A DNA stretch of 64,000 nucleotides from Macrostomum hystrix (GCA_950097015.1 CATNEN010000008.1:4402001-4466000), one strand, 5' to 3'. Positions 13,501 through 26,985 are shown, counted from the first letter of the stretch. Translations and numbers: made by a program. Notes: generated from the sequence alone by a model not told the origin.

Positions 13501-16500
13501 CGTCTGTGGCAGAGCCCTCGGACACGATCGAAGCTGGACGAATTCGTTGTCTTTCTCCTTGGGCTTGTTGGCAGGCGCAGCTTTGCCTTCGACTACTCGA
13601 ACAAGATCGTGACTGACAGAGTTCGGAGCAAGCTGCGTACCTGTTGCTGCGTGCCAGACGGTCGCAAAGGTCTCAAGAAGGCGGAGCAGCTGCTCAGCCC
13701 GAAGTGCCCCGCTGCAGGTCTGTACAGTCGTGGTCCCGAATCAGAGGACGAGGCAATGTTCCCTCGAGGAGATCTGTGCTCTGACGACAGTATACTAAAT
13801 GCTCTGGGAAGCCTTGGCATGCGCACTACCATCACAGGACAGGAATTGGTTGAGCGTGCTCAGAGTGTCGCCAGGTTGAGCGACTCTCGTTCTCGGTTCG
13901 CGCGCGTACAGAAACTGCTAAGCTTCTTGCATCGAGCTCCAAATATTGTCAAAAGTACTTCCAAAGCACTCCGTAGCGTTAGCTTTCTGCCAGTTTTTGG
14001 TGAAGAAAAACTGGCTTGTCCATCGGATCTATTCCGATACTCGTGTGCTGATTTAGTCAGCTTTCACCATTATGTGCTTGACGAGATTAACGTTAGCACT
14101 GCTGACTTAGGCGATGTTCTCAAAGAAATTGGCGTTCACGATGAGGTGAGCTGGGATCTAGCCTGGCAACAGCTGCAGTCTCTGGTCACTAGCCGTCTTT
14201 TGGTATCGCCACTGCGAACAGCTTCCATGTGCGAAGCGATCTATACTCACCTTTCAATGTTTCACAGTTGCAGGAATGAAATTGCAGCCAGACGATCTGA
14301 TGAACAGCGACTGGTTTTTCATCCAAATGGCGGCTTCCTTCATCCGCAGCAGGTCTCACTCGCAACTTCAGACATTGATCTGCCGCCTCATTTGTTCACA
14401 ATGCGACACCTTCAAGATCAAAAGAGTAGTGAGCCGTTTCTTCTTGCTCTTGGTGCTGCTCAAGTTTTCAACGCCAGGAGCTACTCTCAGGCTCTTGCGC
14501 GTATTCATGAGCGGAGTGGTGACGTTCCGATGTCACAGGAGAATCTACGCAGCTGCACCGATCTGCTTGGTCGTTTAATTGCCTGTCTTGATTCTGAGGA
14601 TACGCCTTCAGCGGAAGATATTTTTGCCCCGGACAGTCAAGGCGTATTGCGTGCATGCTCAGAGCTCTGCTACAACAACCTGCCATGGCTGAGTCAGCTG
14701 CATCCTGTTTCTGGTCTGTTCTTCACGCACAATAGCTTGTCGTTTGCCACATGCGAGCGTCTTGGTGTTCCGACTCAACGTGAGCAGACGCTGGATCAGA
14801 TCTGCGAATCATTTGGTCAACGCGAAAATCTGACAACTCGTTTAGCCGGCATCCTCAGTGGCTACCCACTCGGCATTGAGCTTTTCAAAGAACTCATCCA
14901 AAATGCTGATGATGCAGAGGCGACGGAGGTCACCTTTATCAACGACATGCGCAGCTTGCCCACGAAGCAAGTTTTGAGCGACGCCTGGCAAGAGCTGCAA
15001 GGTCCTGCGCTGCTGGCATTCAGCAACTCAGTGTTCACTAATGCTGACCTTGAAGGCATCCAGAGCCTCGGCGTCGGTTCGAAGCGATCGGAAGCTTGGA
15101 AGACTGGGCGTTTCGGCATTGGATTCAACTGCGTGTACAATGTGACGGATGTTCCGCAATTTATCAGCAACGGTGAAATATTCTGCGTTCTGGACCCGCA
15201 CTGCAAGTACACCCAACTTGCGGCTCGAGGAGTCCCTGGTGCCAAATACTCACTGACTGAGAGGCACAAAACGATGTTCAAAGACGCATTCGAAGGCTTC
15301 CTGCCCAGCCAACTCAAGCAGGCTGGGTGTACAATTTTCCGACTGCCTTTGAGAACTGCGACTCAGGCTGCAAAATCAGAGATCTGTCGCACTTCAGTCA
15401 GCAGCTCAATGATCGCCAATCTTTTTAATGAATTCCGCACGGAGATCGCCAGCACAATGCTCTTTCTGACGAATTTGAGGCGTATCAGCTTGCAGGAGAT
15501 AAAACCTAATGGAGAGATTGGTCAGGTCTGCGTTGTCAATGCACGGGCTTCGACTTTGACGGGAGACTTAGTGAGGTTCAACACGTGTTGCCGGGACAGC
15601 GGGCTGGCACTGAAGCAATCGGGAGCTGCATTGAACAGTCTGGCCTGCCAGTCAGTTGCTTACACTCTGGAGATTATCGAGGAAATTGTGCATGACTTAT
15701 TGTGCAGCGAAAAATGGATGGTTGCCCAGTGCGTGAATCTGCCATCCAACAGGCGACACATCGAGCCGCCAGAGGAGCTGAGACGCAAAGTTGCGGTTGG
15801 AGGCTGGCCGATCTTACCCAAAGTAGGCGTTGCAGCTAGACTGTCTGAGGACAACAGCAAAACTTGTCGCGTATTCTCGTTGCTGCCGCTGCCAGTCCGA
15901 ACTAGACTGCCTGCTCACGTGAACGGTTGCTTCGCACTGGACCCATCGAGGCGGGCTCTGTGGTGCGGTCACTCTGCAGATGCCGAGACTCAGTGGAACG
16001 AGCTGCTGACGTGTAGCATTTTGCCACACTGTTATGCCATCATGCTGGAAGCAGTCACTAAGCAGCCTGCATTGGCTATTAAGCGATACCGCAAGCTGCT
16101 GCCAGAGGTTGGTGGAGACGAAAACTCGTTGTGGACGAAGCTTGCTAAAGAATTTTACAAGGAACTTATTTTAAGCCAGTGGGCTCTGCTTCCGTGTCGT
16201 TCGAGGAACGCGATTACATGGCTTCCGTTGGCCACTTCAGACGATTCAGTTGACGGTAAAAGCTGCTTTCTTGTTGGCCGATCAGGCATCGATGAGATCC
16301 GACCAGTGCTGATGCGGCTTGGCGTTCCTTTGATTCACGAGAATTTGGAATACCTGAGATCGCAGTTCTGTAGCGCGAGCGAATGCTACATTGCTGACCT
16401 CAGTCCTGCAGTTGTCGCGAACTACCTGAAGGGTCCGCTGTGCGCCAATCTTCGAGGCCAGCTGCCTGAGTCGGTAGAGAAAACGGGCTTCAAGAAGCCT

Positions 16501-19500
16501 GAGAGTGTCGCCTGTCTCGTCGATTTTATCACAAAGACGCCAGCTAGTGTCATCGAAGCCACTGAGCGATTGTGGCTTCTGAACGGGACTCCGCTGAATC
16601 TTACGGCTGACGATGTGCTCGACATGCTGACTGTCGAAAAGGCAGCTTTCCTCACGCCATGGCAGTTGTTTTCAACTGGAAGCGCTCAGAAGCTATTTGC
16701 CCACAAAGCAATTTCAAATTGTCTGCAAGCTGCTCAGTTCGAATTGTCAACAGCTGAGATGGAACTTAAATTGGACAGATTAGCAATAAAATCGACACTC
16801 TTCAAGCAGTTCAACGTTGCCGAGTTTTTCAATCTGCTGTCAACATTTTATCCCTTCTATATTCGCAGTGCCGACAGCGTGATAAAAGTCGCTGTTCCTG
16901 ATGCATGGTTAGATAATGTTTGGGACTTCTTGAGCTCTGAGTCATCCTATCAGCCGTCGATACAAAAAATTTCCATACTCTCAAAGGCAGCCCTGGTTCC
17001 TGTGGTTTCAACGATCGACAAAATTTCGCCTGCCCGTCACAAGCAACCAACAAGCCATTTGGCCACTGTCTCTCTTGCTTCTTCTGTGCTTTGCGTAGAC
17101 CGCATGTCCATGAGCACTCTGAGCAATTTGAACAGCGCGCTTCTGAGTAAATTGGATGAACTGGCGTGCCCAAAGTTGAACTCAAACAAACAATTTCTAA
17201 TGGATCTTTGCGGCTGCGTAGACAAGCCAGCAACTATGATTAGTGTTCTCACGTACGCTTTAAAGACTAACTCACCGAGCTGCAATCAAGTCGGTGTTAT
17301 TTCAATGTACATTCAGGAAAACTGGCAGTCTTTATCGTCCGTACACCAGTCGCAAATCCTGTGCTCTATGGTAAAGCAGCTTCCGATCTTTGTCACCCTT
17401 GATGACCGCTGTGTCAGTGTTGCAGAAAAGACCGTTTGTGTGCTGTCGGCCAAGTTGGCGGACTCGGAAGTGCACCTGTGGAAGTGCGACCAATCAACTG
17501 TACTGCTTAAGCAGTCAATGGAACTAAAAAGTCTGTTCTCCTGCTTAGGATTTTCTAAACTGGATCAGTGGGAAGCGTATTCCAAGTTCATTTTACCGGT
17601 TTTTTCTCAGCTTTCATTTAAAGGAAAGGCAAAACATCTTTCTGTGTTGCAGAAGAAGTTTCAGAAGTTGATCTGTGGAGCCCAAATGACTCCTAATCAA
17701 AGGAAGGTCGTGACTCTACTCAAATCAACAGCCATTGTATTTAATGGTGGTCAGTGGCATTTGGCTAGCCAGTTCTATGATGACCGCGTTGAAATCTTTA
17801 AACACCAGCTTTCGAAGGACAAGTTCCTTCCTGCCATTTGGAACAAGCCCGAGTGGCGAAATCTGATGATGCATGCAGGTTTGGTCTGCCAGTGCTCAGA
17901 AGATCTGCTCCTCCGCTTTGCTGCTTGCTTGGAGTCTGAAGGACGTAGCAGTGTCACTCCTGAACTTCCTGAACTAAGGCGCAAATCAATCGCAATAATT
18001 TCGCACATCTCTGCTGAGCCTTCCGATTTTTCTGCTAATTGTCTTAATACATTAGCGAACACTTGCTTTGTCGTTTCCGAAAGTCTTGACAACTTGCGGA
18101 GCTTCGCAGAAGTTCAACAGCCAAAGATGATAAAGTTGAGAGATTCAGTTCAATACGAAAGTCATTTTATTTGTTGGACGGCAAGCACCGTTTGTCCGCA
18201 ATACACTAATAAGGCTGTGAGACTCTTTAAGCGTCTTGGAGTTCGTGAATTTCCAACTCCAGGTGACTTTGCAAAACACCTTTGCACCTTGCTTTCAAGC
18301 ATGGCTTTTCTCTCTGTCGATATGTCGGAGCACGTGGCACTTCGCAAGCAAATTATGATGAATACCTATCACTACATGCAGATGCATAGCCTGAATGAAC
18401 CGAAGAATCTGGACTTTCTGCAATGTGCTCCATTTGTACTGGTGGAGGGTGGGTCGTACCTTCTGCCAGCGAAGTGCATCTGTCTCGTGCCCTCCGCTGG
18501 AATTCCACCTTACATCGTCTCTTGTCCAACGGAACTGCTGCAGTTTTCAGAAGTTTTTCAAAGGTTTGGTGCAACCAGCGAAATCGTCATGAGTCAGCTT
18601 TACCATGTATTGCAAAGTGTACAAGAGAAACTGAAAGGCGCTGGTCTTGGCGATGTTGAGAAGGATGTAGTGTCGAGATGCTTGAGTGCAATGATTTCTC
18701 TGCTGGAGCGCAATCAAAATCCACAGCCAGAAAGAATGCCCTTGTTCCTTCCAACTAGCTCAGAGCATGAGAGAAGCCAGATTTTCCTTATGAGCGATGT
18801 GCAGCTCCTCGTTATCAACGATGCCCCAGATTACTGCAAGCGCATCGGAAACAACAGCGACTTGCAACTGCTAGACGTAAGCTTCAGCAAGCTAAAGTCG
18901 GACAAGATTTGGCTGCTTCACAATTATTTACGGTGCAAACTGGGTGTCCGAAGTCTGACTGGAATTGTGAGCGAGCGACTTGCCGACAGCAGTAAGTCAT
19001 GCAACATCAACGGCTGCACTATTGGCCAAACTGTGAAGAGCAAGTTGACCCATCCAAGTGTTCTAAATGGAATGGTGAGGGTTCTACTGAATGCGAGAGT
19101 CAGCGGGCATCTGGACAGCCAGACCGTCGGCGAAAGACTAAAAGCTGCACTGGACGATCTAAGTGTAGAATGCATGCAAAGCCTGGTCTCAGTACTGTCC
19201 TTAGGTGACAAGGTATTGAGTGATTCCCAAAAGTCAAAGAGAAGCTTTCTGGTGACCAAAAAAGTATATACGGCTCACATCGAAGCTGACTGTGGAAACG
19301 ATGACGTTACATTCTGGTATAAGGAGCTCGCGGCCGTTGTAAATTCATTCGCGACTTCTGTGCTCGGAGCACCGACTGACTTGTGCAGCGATCTGCAGAC
19401 TTGGCTGCGCCTTGACAATCTCGACCTGATCGAAGACGAGCTGGACAGGGACAATTTGGCACCTTGTACGTACGGCAAAGATGGCATTGAGGAGTGCGCA

Positions 19501-20679
19501 GGCCGTGGGATTTCGCTGGGCAGTTTAATTCCCGCAATGCAGCGCAGTCAGCTACAGGAACTAACCAGCTTTAAGCGTGATCGCCTGTTGCAGTTTGAGC
19601 CAGGCGAGATAGTCGCTCTTCGTCAGCAGACTGCGGATATTGACTCTGAGACTTTCGTGTATGCTCGCATTGTTGCTAAGGGTCGCAAGAAAAGCTCAAA
19701 CTTGTGGCTTCAGAATTACTCGATTCAGCTCGGAGATGGAGACACAAGAAGTAGTAGCGCGCTAGAACTCTTCAATATCCAAAGTATAACCGGCTGTATT
19801 GACATAGATTTGCCTACAGAGAGAGATGCGGCGCCTCAAACTGAGTTATCACGGCTCTTGGATCATGGTCGGTCTCTCACAGATGCCAGCGATCGAAGCC
19901 TGGCCCTACGTCGAGTTGCTCAGTTTTGTAGCCCTGCTCGGCATTCAGCTGCATTCCATGCTGGAGTTGTTGATAGCAGAAGCTTGTCAATTATTGAGGA
20001 AATGCACAATTACACAAACACGTGCTTGGCTCGGTTTGGAGCCGAATTAGTGCGTCAGTGTGAGAGAGATGCTGCTGACATCGGTGCTGCGAGTCATTTG
20101 CTATTAGACCGTATGCCACAGTTGACTGCATCATTACAGTCTGCATGGGGGAAGCGACGCGCAGGCGATAACATTGATTTCAGTCTTTGGCCTAAGCTTC
20201 GTCGTTTCGCAAGCGGCGGCGGCGGCTGCTTCAGCCCAGCGACCGAGCCACCAAGTCCAGACGCTGCTATGCGCTACTGGCGTGTCGCTTGTAATGACCT
20301 ACGCGCTGGTGAAAATGATTTGGGCCGTGGGCATCGTTTGGCCGCGAATTGGGCTACCTACAAGGCACACCAGGCGGCGGAGAAGGCCATGAAAGCGGCA
20401 GTGCTGGCAGCGGGAACCTCAGCGGTAAAGAGTCACCACCTAGCTGATAACTTAAGCCTCATCCAAGACCAGAAGCTGCAGCGTCATCTTTCCAGCCCTG
20501 CTGGCACATTGGCTCAGAAGCTGCGCTCCGTTGACTGTCGGTATCCGATAGGTAGCACTGAGCCGTCTTCAATAGACCGTCAAGATGCAGAAATGGCGCT
20601 TGAGGCTTCGAAATGCATTCTCGCCCAGATTAGCAGCTTCCTTTGTGACCTTGGTTTTAATGATGCTCAGCTAGAGTAG
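10555..20679 (+). CDS. SACS: Sacsin-like protein, about 2982 aa: SRR1 (GHKL/HSP90-like), SRR2, degenerate J-domain, HEPN. Exons 10555-10773, 10880-11068, 11533-11685, 12019-12258, 12381-13049, 13201-20679
   Basis: All five introns are GT-AG and phase 0, and the exon lengths (219, 189, 153, 240, 669, 7479) are multiples of 3. SRR1 motifs: GQSESLTDRIRGLLAEY..ELLQNADDAGA, NDAEFT, GKFGLGFNAVYNLTDVP, GTLIRMPLR. SRR2 motifs: FGQRENLTTRLAGILSGYP..ELIQNADDAEA, GRFGIGFNCVYNVTDVP, TIFRLPLR, LPAHVNGCFALDPSRR. The C-terminal FEPGEIV..YARIV..YSIQLG..SALELF segment, J-like helices and HEPN occur in the same order as in sacsin. Confidence 0.93.
11188..11490 (-). mobile_element. tRNA-derived SINE, family A, in sacsin intron 2
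   Basis: The reverse complement begins GGGGGTCGGTGGCAGAGCGGTTCACGCG...GAGCTCGATTCCGC (A and B boxes) and ends in an ATT-rich tail. It is colinear with copies at 29422, 33100, 43360 and 62113. Confidence 0.85.
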
Positions 20680-21974
20680 ACTGATTCGTGCATTGACGAC
20701 TTTTTTTACAGTACCAATTGTTGCACTAAATAGGTAAACATTTTATTGCGCTATGTTCTTCTTGCGCCAGGCACGTTCAGGATGTTTTATAAATATTTTA
20801 ATCAAATGAAATATTTTATAGTGTTTTAACATAATGGGTTTATTGCACAATTAATAAAATAGTTCTGTGGGTTATTGTACATTTCTTGCTTAAAATGCAC
20901 AGCGGCCTGAAATATTCTAAGGAGGGTACTCGAGATTCCTGGCGCGAGGCAAATACGAGCGTTAGTAATGATAAAACAACTCGATAATGCTCATGATTAC
21001 ACAATAAATTACTACCCACCTGTTGACGATAGCCCTTCATATTTTTACCTTCATACTTCCTCGAGCGATTTACTTAAGCTTATGATAGTCTTCACAATCT
21101 TATAAACACGTGTGTTAACGTTTTACATTTTCACTAAACATTCAAAGGTTTTTTAAGTACTCTGATTAAAAGGACTTTGCATAGCTTCTTCCAGTATTAT
21201 CCAATATCCTATTTTTTATCCAAGATGAGCTTGTAAGACTAAGTTGCAAGCTTCAGCAATTTGTTTAACTCTGAGAATTTTTTCCTCTTAATTGCCTTTT
21301 CAAGATGTGATTTTTATGTTACTGATTGCCACTTCCGCTAAATCACAATGCTATTTTCGACGCTTTATAAGGACTCTTTAATTAGCCAATACGGACAGAC
21401 ATCAAAGAATATGATGTGTCCCAGCAGGATGTACCTCACCGCTGTATTGAGAATATTCCATTTTGAAACCCCACTTTTGTTAAGGGGCTACTACATGATA
21501 TGATGCTTTACACAGTCAATTTTTCCGTCATAACGCAACGCCCTTCTTAATTAACTATTCTTTTCAACACTAACCGATCATTCTGTAACTTGGCAGACAG
21601 ACATCTGCTGTTGCCCCTTTGAAAAATTAATTATTTCGTGTGTTTTCTTATGAGCGCGAATTTTTTTCGATTGAGCCTGCATGTTTTTAAAAAATAAAAC
21701 TGATTATAAAAAAACACGGTGTGCCCTTGTGCGTGAAAATTAATCATGTCCGTGAACAAGGATAATTGTGAACACGAATGGTTGCCTATACGAATGGTTT
21801 TGTGACTATATACGAACCACTAACTAACAGAATGGTCGAGAGTCCACCACACTAATGTATAATTGAAATGCGCATATTCTACTTATGGGGATGAAGACTG
21901 AGTAGCTTAGTTAAATAAAATCAAACGCATGTCGATTTTCTCCTAAATTTCCCTTCAACGAATAAAATTTGATT

Positions 21975-22251
21975 AATTAATATTATTTATTGATTAATCT
22001 TGCCCCAATTGGGACAGATGTCTAGCCGACAGCACAGTCGCAGCTATTGCGCGGCGTATCTGAAGGCTGCGCTGCGTACAGCTTTTCAGTCCATGGACTG
22101 GGGGGACGCCACACCCACCCTCAATTGCCCCAACTGATGCTGGTACCCATTTAACAGCTGGGTGAACTGTAGAGTTAAGTGTCTTGCTAAAGGACACAAA
22201 TTGTTCCAGTGGAGTCAGGATTCGAACCCGTGAGTCCGACGCTTTAACCAC
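21975..22251 (-). mobile_element. tRNA-derived SINE, family B, with a CORE-like central domain
   Basis: The reverse complement reads GTGGTTAAAGCGTCGGACTCACGGGTTCGAATCC (A and B boxes), then GTGTCCTTTAGCAAGACACTTAACTCT...CAGCTGTTAAATGGGTACC. It is colinear with the copy at 60014-60290. Confidence 0.85.
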
Positions 22252-22478
22252 AAAGTCTGATTTAAAGTCTTAATTCTTTGACGCAGCTAGAATAAATGCG
22301 GTAGGAACATTCAACTGGCTGCATACATTGATATGTTATGAAAGTGATATATGTTAGCTACATTGAAAAGCGCATCTACGAAGATTAGCTAAACTTGCAC
22401 AAATAGATCAGCAGCTTAATCACACATTCCGTGGGCGCGACTGCGTGTAATTGCCAATGTATGTGATCCATTTGCTTT

Positions 22479-22731
22479 TGTGAGAGATACAATTCAGACT
22501 ACTGACAACAGTAGAAAAGCAAAGACTTGGCTGCAAAACTCTCACATAACACTAAAAAAGTATCGCCATAAAAATGGCAAGCTTAAAAGAGACTTTTAAC
22601 ACTAAGAGTGCACACTAAGAGTGGTGGAAGAGGACGGCGTGTGGCTATTGCTGACTGACGAAGGCAAACAAGCCAGAAACCGGTCTCGGTCTGCCAGCGC
22701 GAGGTTCGTTCCCCACTTTTAGTGTGTTACA
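22479..22731. mobile_element. Solo LTR (253 bp), same family as 29170-29411
   Basis: Termini are TGTGAGAG...GTGTTACA (TG..CA). The flanks are GCTTT (22474-78) and GCTTC (22732-36), a 5-bp TSD with one mismatch. Confidence 0.8.
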
Positions 22732-23139
22732 GCTTCACTGCTGCTGCAATTCCATGGTTAGGAAAGTGCCGGCTTCCATCGCTACCATCCTTCAGTCACA
22801 GAAATCGCCGTCGGTCAGTTGAATCCATCACCAACTCACTCTGGCATTTCTTGTAGCATTCGCGATTTAAAGAACTTTAAATGTGCGCATAACCTCCCAT
22901 GTACACAGCCTTTTACATTTACATCGATGCCCTACGATAAAATAAAAAATGTCAAGAAGCTAGTCTAAAGGCGCTAGTCTTGATGCCCCGGAGCAGCGGT
23001 GAGCTGTAATCATTCTCGCGATTTTTTTTAAGATTTCCCACATCAGGTTGTTCCTGACGGTCATTCATTGGCATAATTTTTACAGCCGTAGGACGCGCAT
23101 TGCCGGTGCGAAGCGAAAGCATGACAATTGCCTGCACAC

Positions 23140-23842
23140 AATTGACTGCGCAACATCTGCCTGCGCGACAACTGCCTGCGCGACAACTGCGTGCACAACT
23201 GCCTGCGCGACAACTGCCTGCATGACAACTGCCTGCGCGACAACTGCCTGCGCGACAACTGCCTGCGCGACAACTGACTGTGTGACAACTGGCTGTGCGA
23301 CAACTGACTGTGCAACAACTGGCTGTGCGACAACTGACTGTGCAACAACTGACTGTGCAACAACTGACTGTGCGACAACTGACTGTGTACAACTGACTGT
23401 GCGACAACTGCCTGCGCGACAGCTGACTGTGCGACAACTGGCTGTGCGACAACTGACTGTGCGACAACTGACTGTGCAACAACTGACTGTGCGACAACTG
23501 ACTGTGTACAACTGACTGTGCGACAACTGCCTGCGCGACAACTGACTGTGCGACAACTGACTGTGCGACAACTGCCTGCGCGACAACTGACTGTGTGACA
23601 ACTGACTGTGCGACAACTGCCTGCGCGACAACTGACTGTGTGACAACTGACTGTGCGACAACTGACTGTGTACAACTGACTGTGCGACAACTGCCTGCGC
23701 GACAACTGACTGTGTGACAACTGACTGTGCGACAACTGCCTGCGCGACAACTGACTGTGTGACAAATGACTGTGCGACAACTGACTGTGCGACAACTGAC
23801 TGTGCGACAACTGACTGTGCGACAACTGACTGTGCGACAACT
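23140..23842. repeat. 15-bp minisatellite (GCGACAACTGACTGT, variant GCGACAACTGCCTGC)
   Basis: Tandem 15-nt units; all overlapping ORFs are repeat translations. Confidence 0.97.
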
Positions 23843-26800
23843 TTCTGCGGTGCTTTGTTATTAAAAATCAACACTTCTATTACTCCGAGTTATCAACACC
23901 ACAGCAGTTACTATTTAATTAGACAAGACAAAATACCAAGCAAATAAATTCGCGTAACAAGTTTATAAATGTATTAATTGTATTCATTTTATTATAAGCA
24001 TACTAAGCTGCTAAGAATGAGAAATAGAGAACTCGATCTTTGCAGCATTGATTTCGTTCCTTGCTGCAGCAGCATTTTGTTCTTAGCTATTGGCCATATC
24101 TAGTTATTTGTACTAATAGTTGTTGCTTGGCATTGAAGTCCCTACTGATCTTAATTGAATTTCACATACTAAATGCTTTGGAAAAAATTTCCAAAGTAAA
24201 GGTCCTTGGAGAAAATACTTTGTCTAGTAATGTTTCGCGAGTTTCATATGATATTTTTACCAAAGGACCACTAGAAGAAGATTTGCTCTTCTTCTAGTGG
24301 TCCTTGATTTTTCATGTACACACATTACTCGCAGCTCAGCGGCAAGACACATAAAAAAGAATTTTAGTAATCGAAAATAAATAAATAACTTATTTTTTTA
24401 TTAGCTTTAAATTAAAATTGTGTCTAAATTTTGTTACAACTAACGTGTCTTCGCTCGCGAATTTTGATTTGCTCTAAATCGGACTAAATTATTAGAAATG
24501 ACAGCGCTTCAAACTGATTCCATTTTCATCTGAAGATAGTTTTTTGTCTTTGGATACATGATTTAATGATTTTATATTTGGTACTTTTGTCAGAGGGTAC
24601 ACGTTCGTGGGCACCTATTTTCTCAAGCAATTGTCTCATATGCATTTGTTGATGTAATTTATTTATGTGCTCGCCATTGCCATGGCCCACACGTCTTCAA
24701 GTTTATGTCGTATTTGCATTTATGCTCATGTTCAAAGTTTTAAAATCATATTTTTGTGCAAATCAGTTAAATTCAGTCTTATAACCTCAATTGAGCGCTA
24801 CATATTTATGGTAACATTATCCCTTTGATATGATTCTGTGCTTCCTGACCTTAGTTATAAACAAAAAATAGTGTGATTTTTATAAGGGCTTTAGTCAAGA
24901 AATTTATGAATAAAACAACAGATGGCTAATTTATTCCTGAAGATAATTTTTTAAGTTGTAACATTTTTGGAATTAAATGAACTCTACTGGGCTACTGGCC
25001 ATCAATTACTATTAGGCCTACTTTTAAAGTAAAATTAGTAGCAGAGCTTTTGAAGTAGAGTAAAAACTGCTTATAAAATTTTATATAAAAATTGGAATCA
25101 AGATCTGTTCTCAAAACCAAAAAATAGTCAGTTAGCTAAACAAAACCTTTTTCCTTTTCCAATATAGAAAGAATATAAAAATGTGTGGACACAAATTGTA
25201 GGGCCTATGAGGAAGGAATGTCGCATGGGGATAATTTTTCCAGATGGGATATTGAATGGGGATAATTTCTCCACAAGGGATGTACATGTAGGTTGACTTT
25301 GATCTTAGACCTGAGTCTTATGAGACCTAGTACCTTATTAGGGTTTCTATGTTGAGTGTCTCATTAATAAAATGTACATTTTGGCATCATTTGTGGGGAA
25401 TTGTCATTGAAATTTTCCTACTCATTTAGCTTATAAGCTGTAAAATGTAGTACTTGTGTTTTGAGATTTTGTACTTTAAGTTCACTATTTGGGGTTGAGG
25501 CAATTTCCTATTTTTAAATTCTTTTCTTCCTAGGTCTATTTCAAGCATTTTGACAGTATTTCAAGTTATGAAAAGCAACAGTGACACACCAAAATTGAAA
25601 CAAAGTCATGGGAGTCAAATAAATGCTAGTTGATGGGATAGTAATGGGCAATCCAGTACATAATTTGGCCAAATTGCCTGGTAGGGAATTGCCAGTGCCA
25701 CATGAGCCCTGTCATATTAACCTTTTGCAAGTCCTGTAAGCCTAGCATATATTTTCATAAATTTGCAACTGACTCAACATTGGTATCCACAATGCTGGCG
25801 TAGGCAATAAAAACATTCTATAGAATTGCACAGCAGGCCATAGGTAGCAAGCCACTTGATACATGAGTCAGTCTCCCTAGTGAGGACCAGTAGCTCTGTG
25901 TGTTTGATGTTCAATTCACAGAGCTCATTGGTGGGCCTCAGAAGGTTCAATGATAAAATGTGGTGCCTGAGTTTATCCAGCCATAGTTAGCTGAAAATAT
26001 GGAAAAAATAATTTAGAGTGGGAAACTAGGAAATTTTCTGGGGTTGGTATATTTCTTCAGTGCTAGTGTCAAGCAAATATGAAAGACTTTAATGACTAGG
26101 TCTTGTCTAAGGCAGATAGTTATATAATATGTTTTAACATTTTCTTCTCTGGCTAAGTTTCATTTAGCTCACTAGATAGCAGAATCTTTATAGAGAAAGC
26201 TTAACTCAATGGTTGCAAAGCTGAACATTAGCTAATTTAAGCCAAAGTATGAACAGTTGAATTTTGGCTTAGATTTTTTCTATATTCTCTCTGGCCTATA
26301 ATTTTGGTTATTTATCAAGCTTTTTTGCAGAACGATATTTTCTTTTAATAATCATTTAAAACAAGTATTGTGTCATATTTATAATTTTGGCATGTTTGAT
26401 AATTCTGTACATTGAGTTTTGTACTCATTCTACTGATATTCTTACATGGAACAAACTTTATTAAATACATAGGAAAAATTAATCGTTCATAATTATATTG
26501 CATCCAAATCATAATTCTGTCACTTGATGTCAATGGCAATTTTGACAATTTGTTAAGCCTATACCAATAGCACTATTGTCATTTAATCTATTGATTTATT
26601 CTCTAATAGTTATAGATGAAAAACTATTAAAAATCATTAGTTACCATTTTATTTTGAATTTTTCTTTGTTATTGCTATAACAAACTAAGTTTGTAGCACT
26701 ATAGTCTCGAGTTAGTCCTTACTACTACATTAAAATTGTTGTAATGTGTTATTAAGTGGCTAACTAAAAAAATAAAATAAAATCAATAACTCAATGTTTT

Positions 26801-26985
26801 TATTGAATAGAATTATATTTGAAATCTTTGAGAAATTATTAAATCACTATAAATTTTCTGATTGCCAATAAAACATATATAAGAATGACATGCGAGTTTA
26901 AATATATTCTGGGGGTTGTCAATCACAGTTTTTACATGTTGTGATTAGTGGATTATTGAAGTTAGTCTTTTAGCATGCAGTAGCA

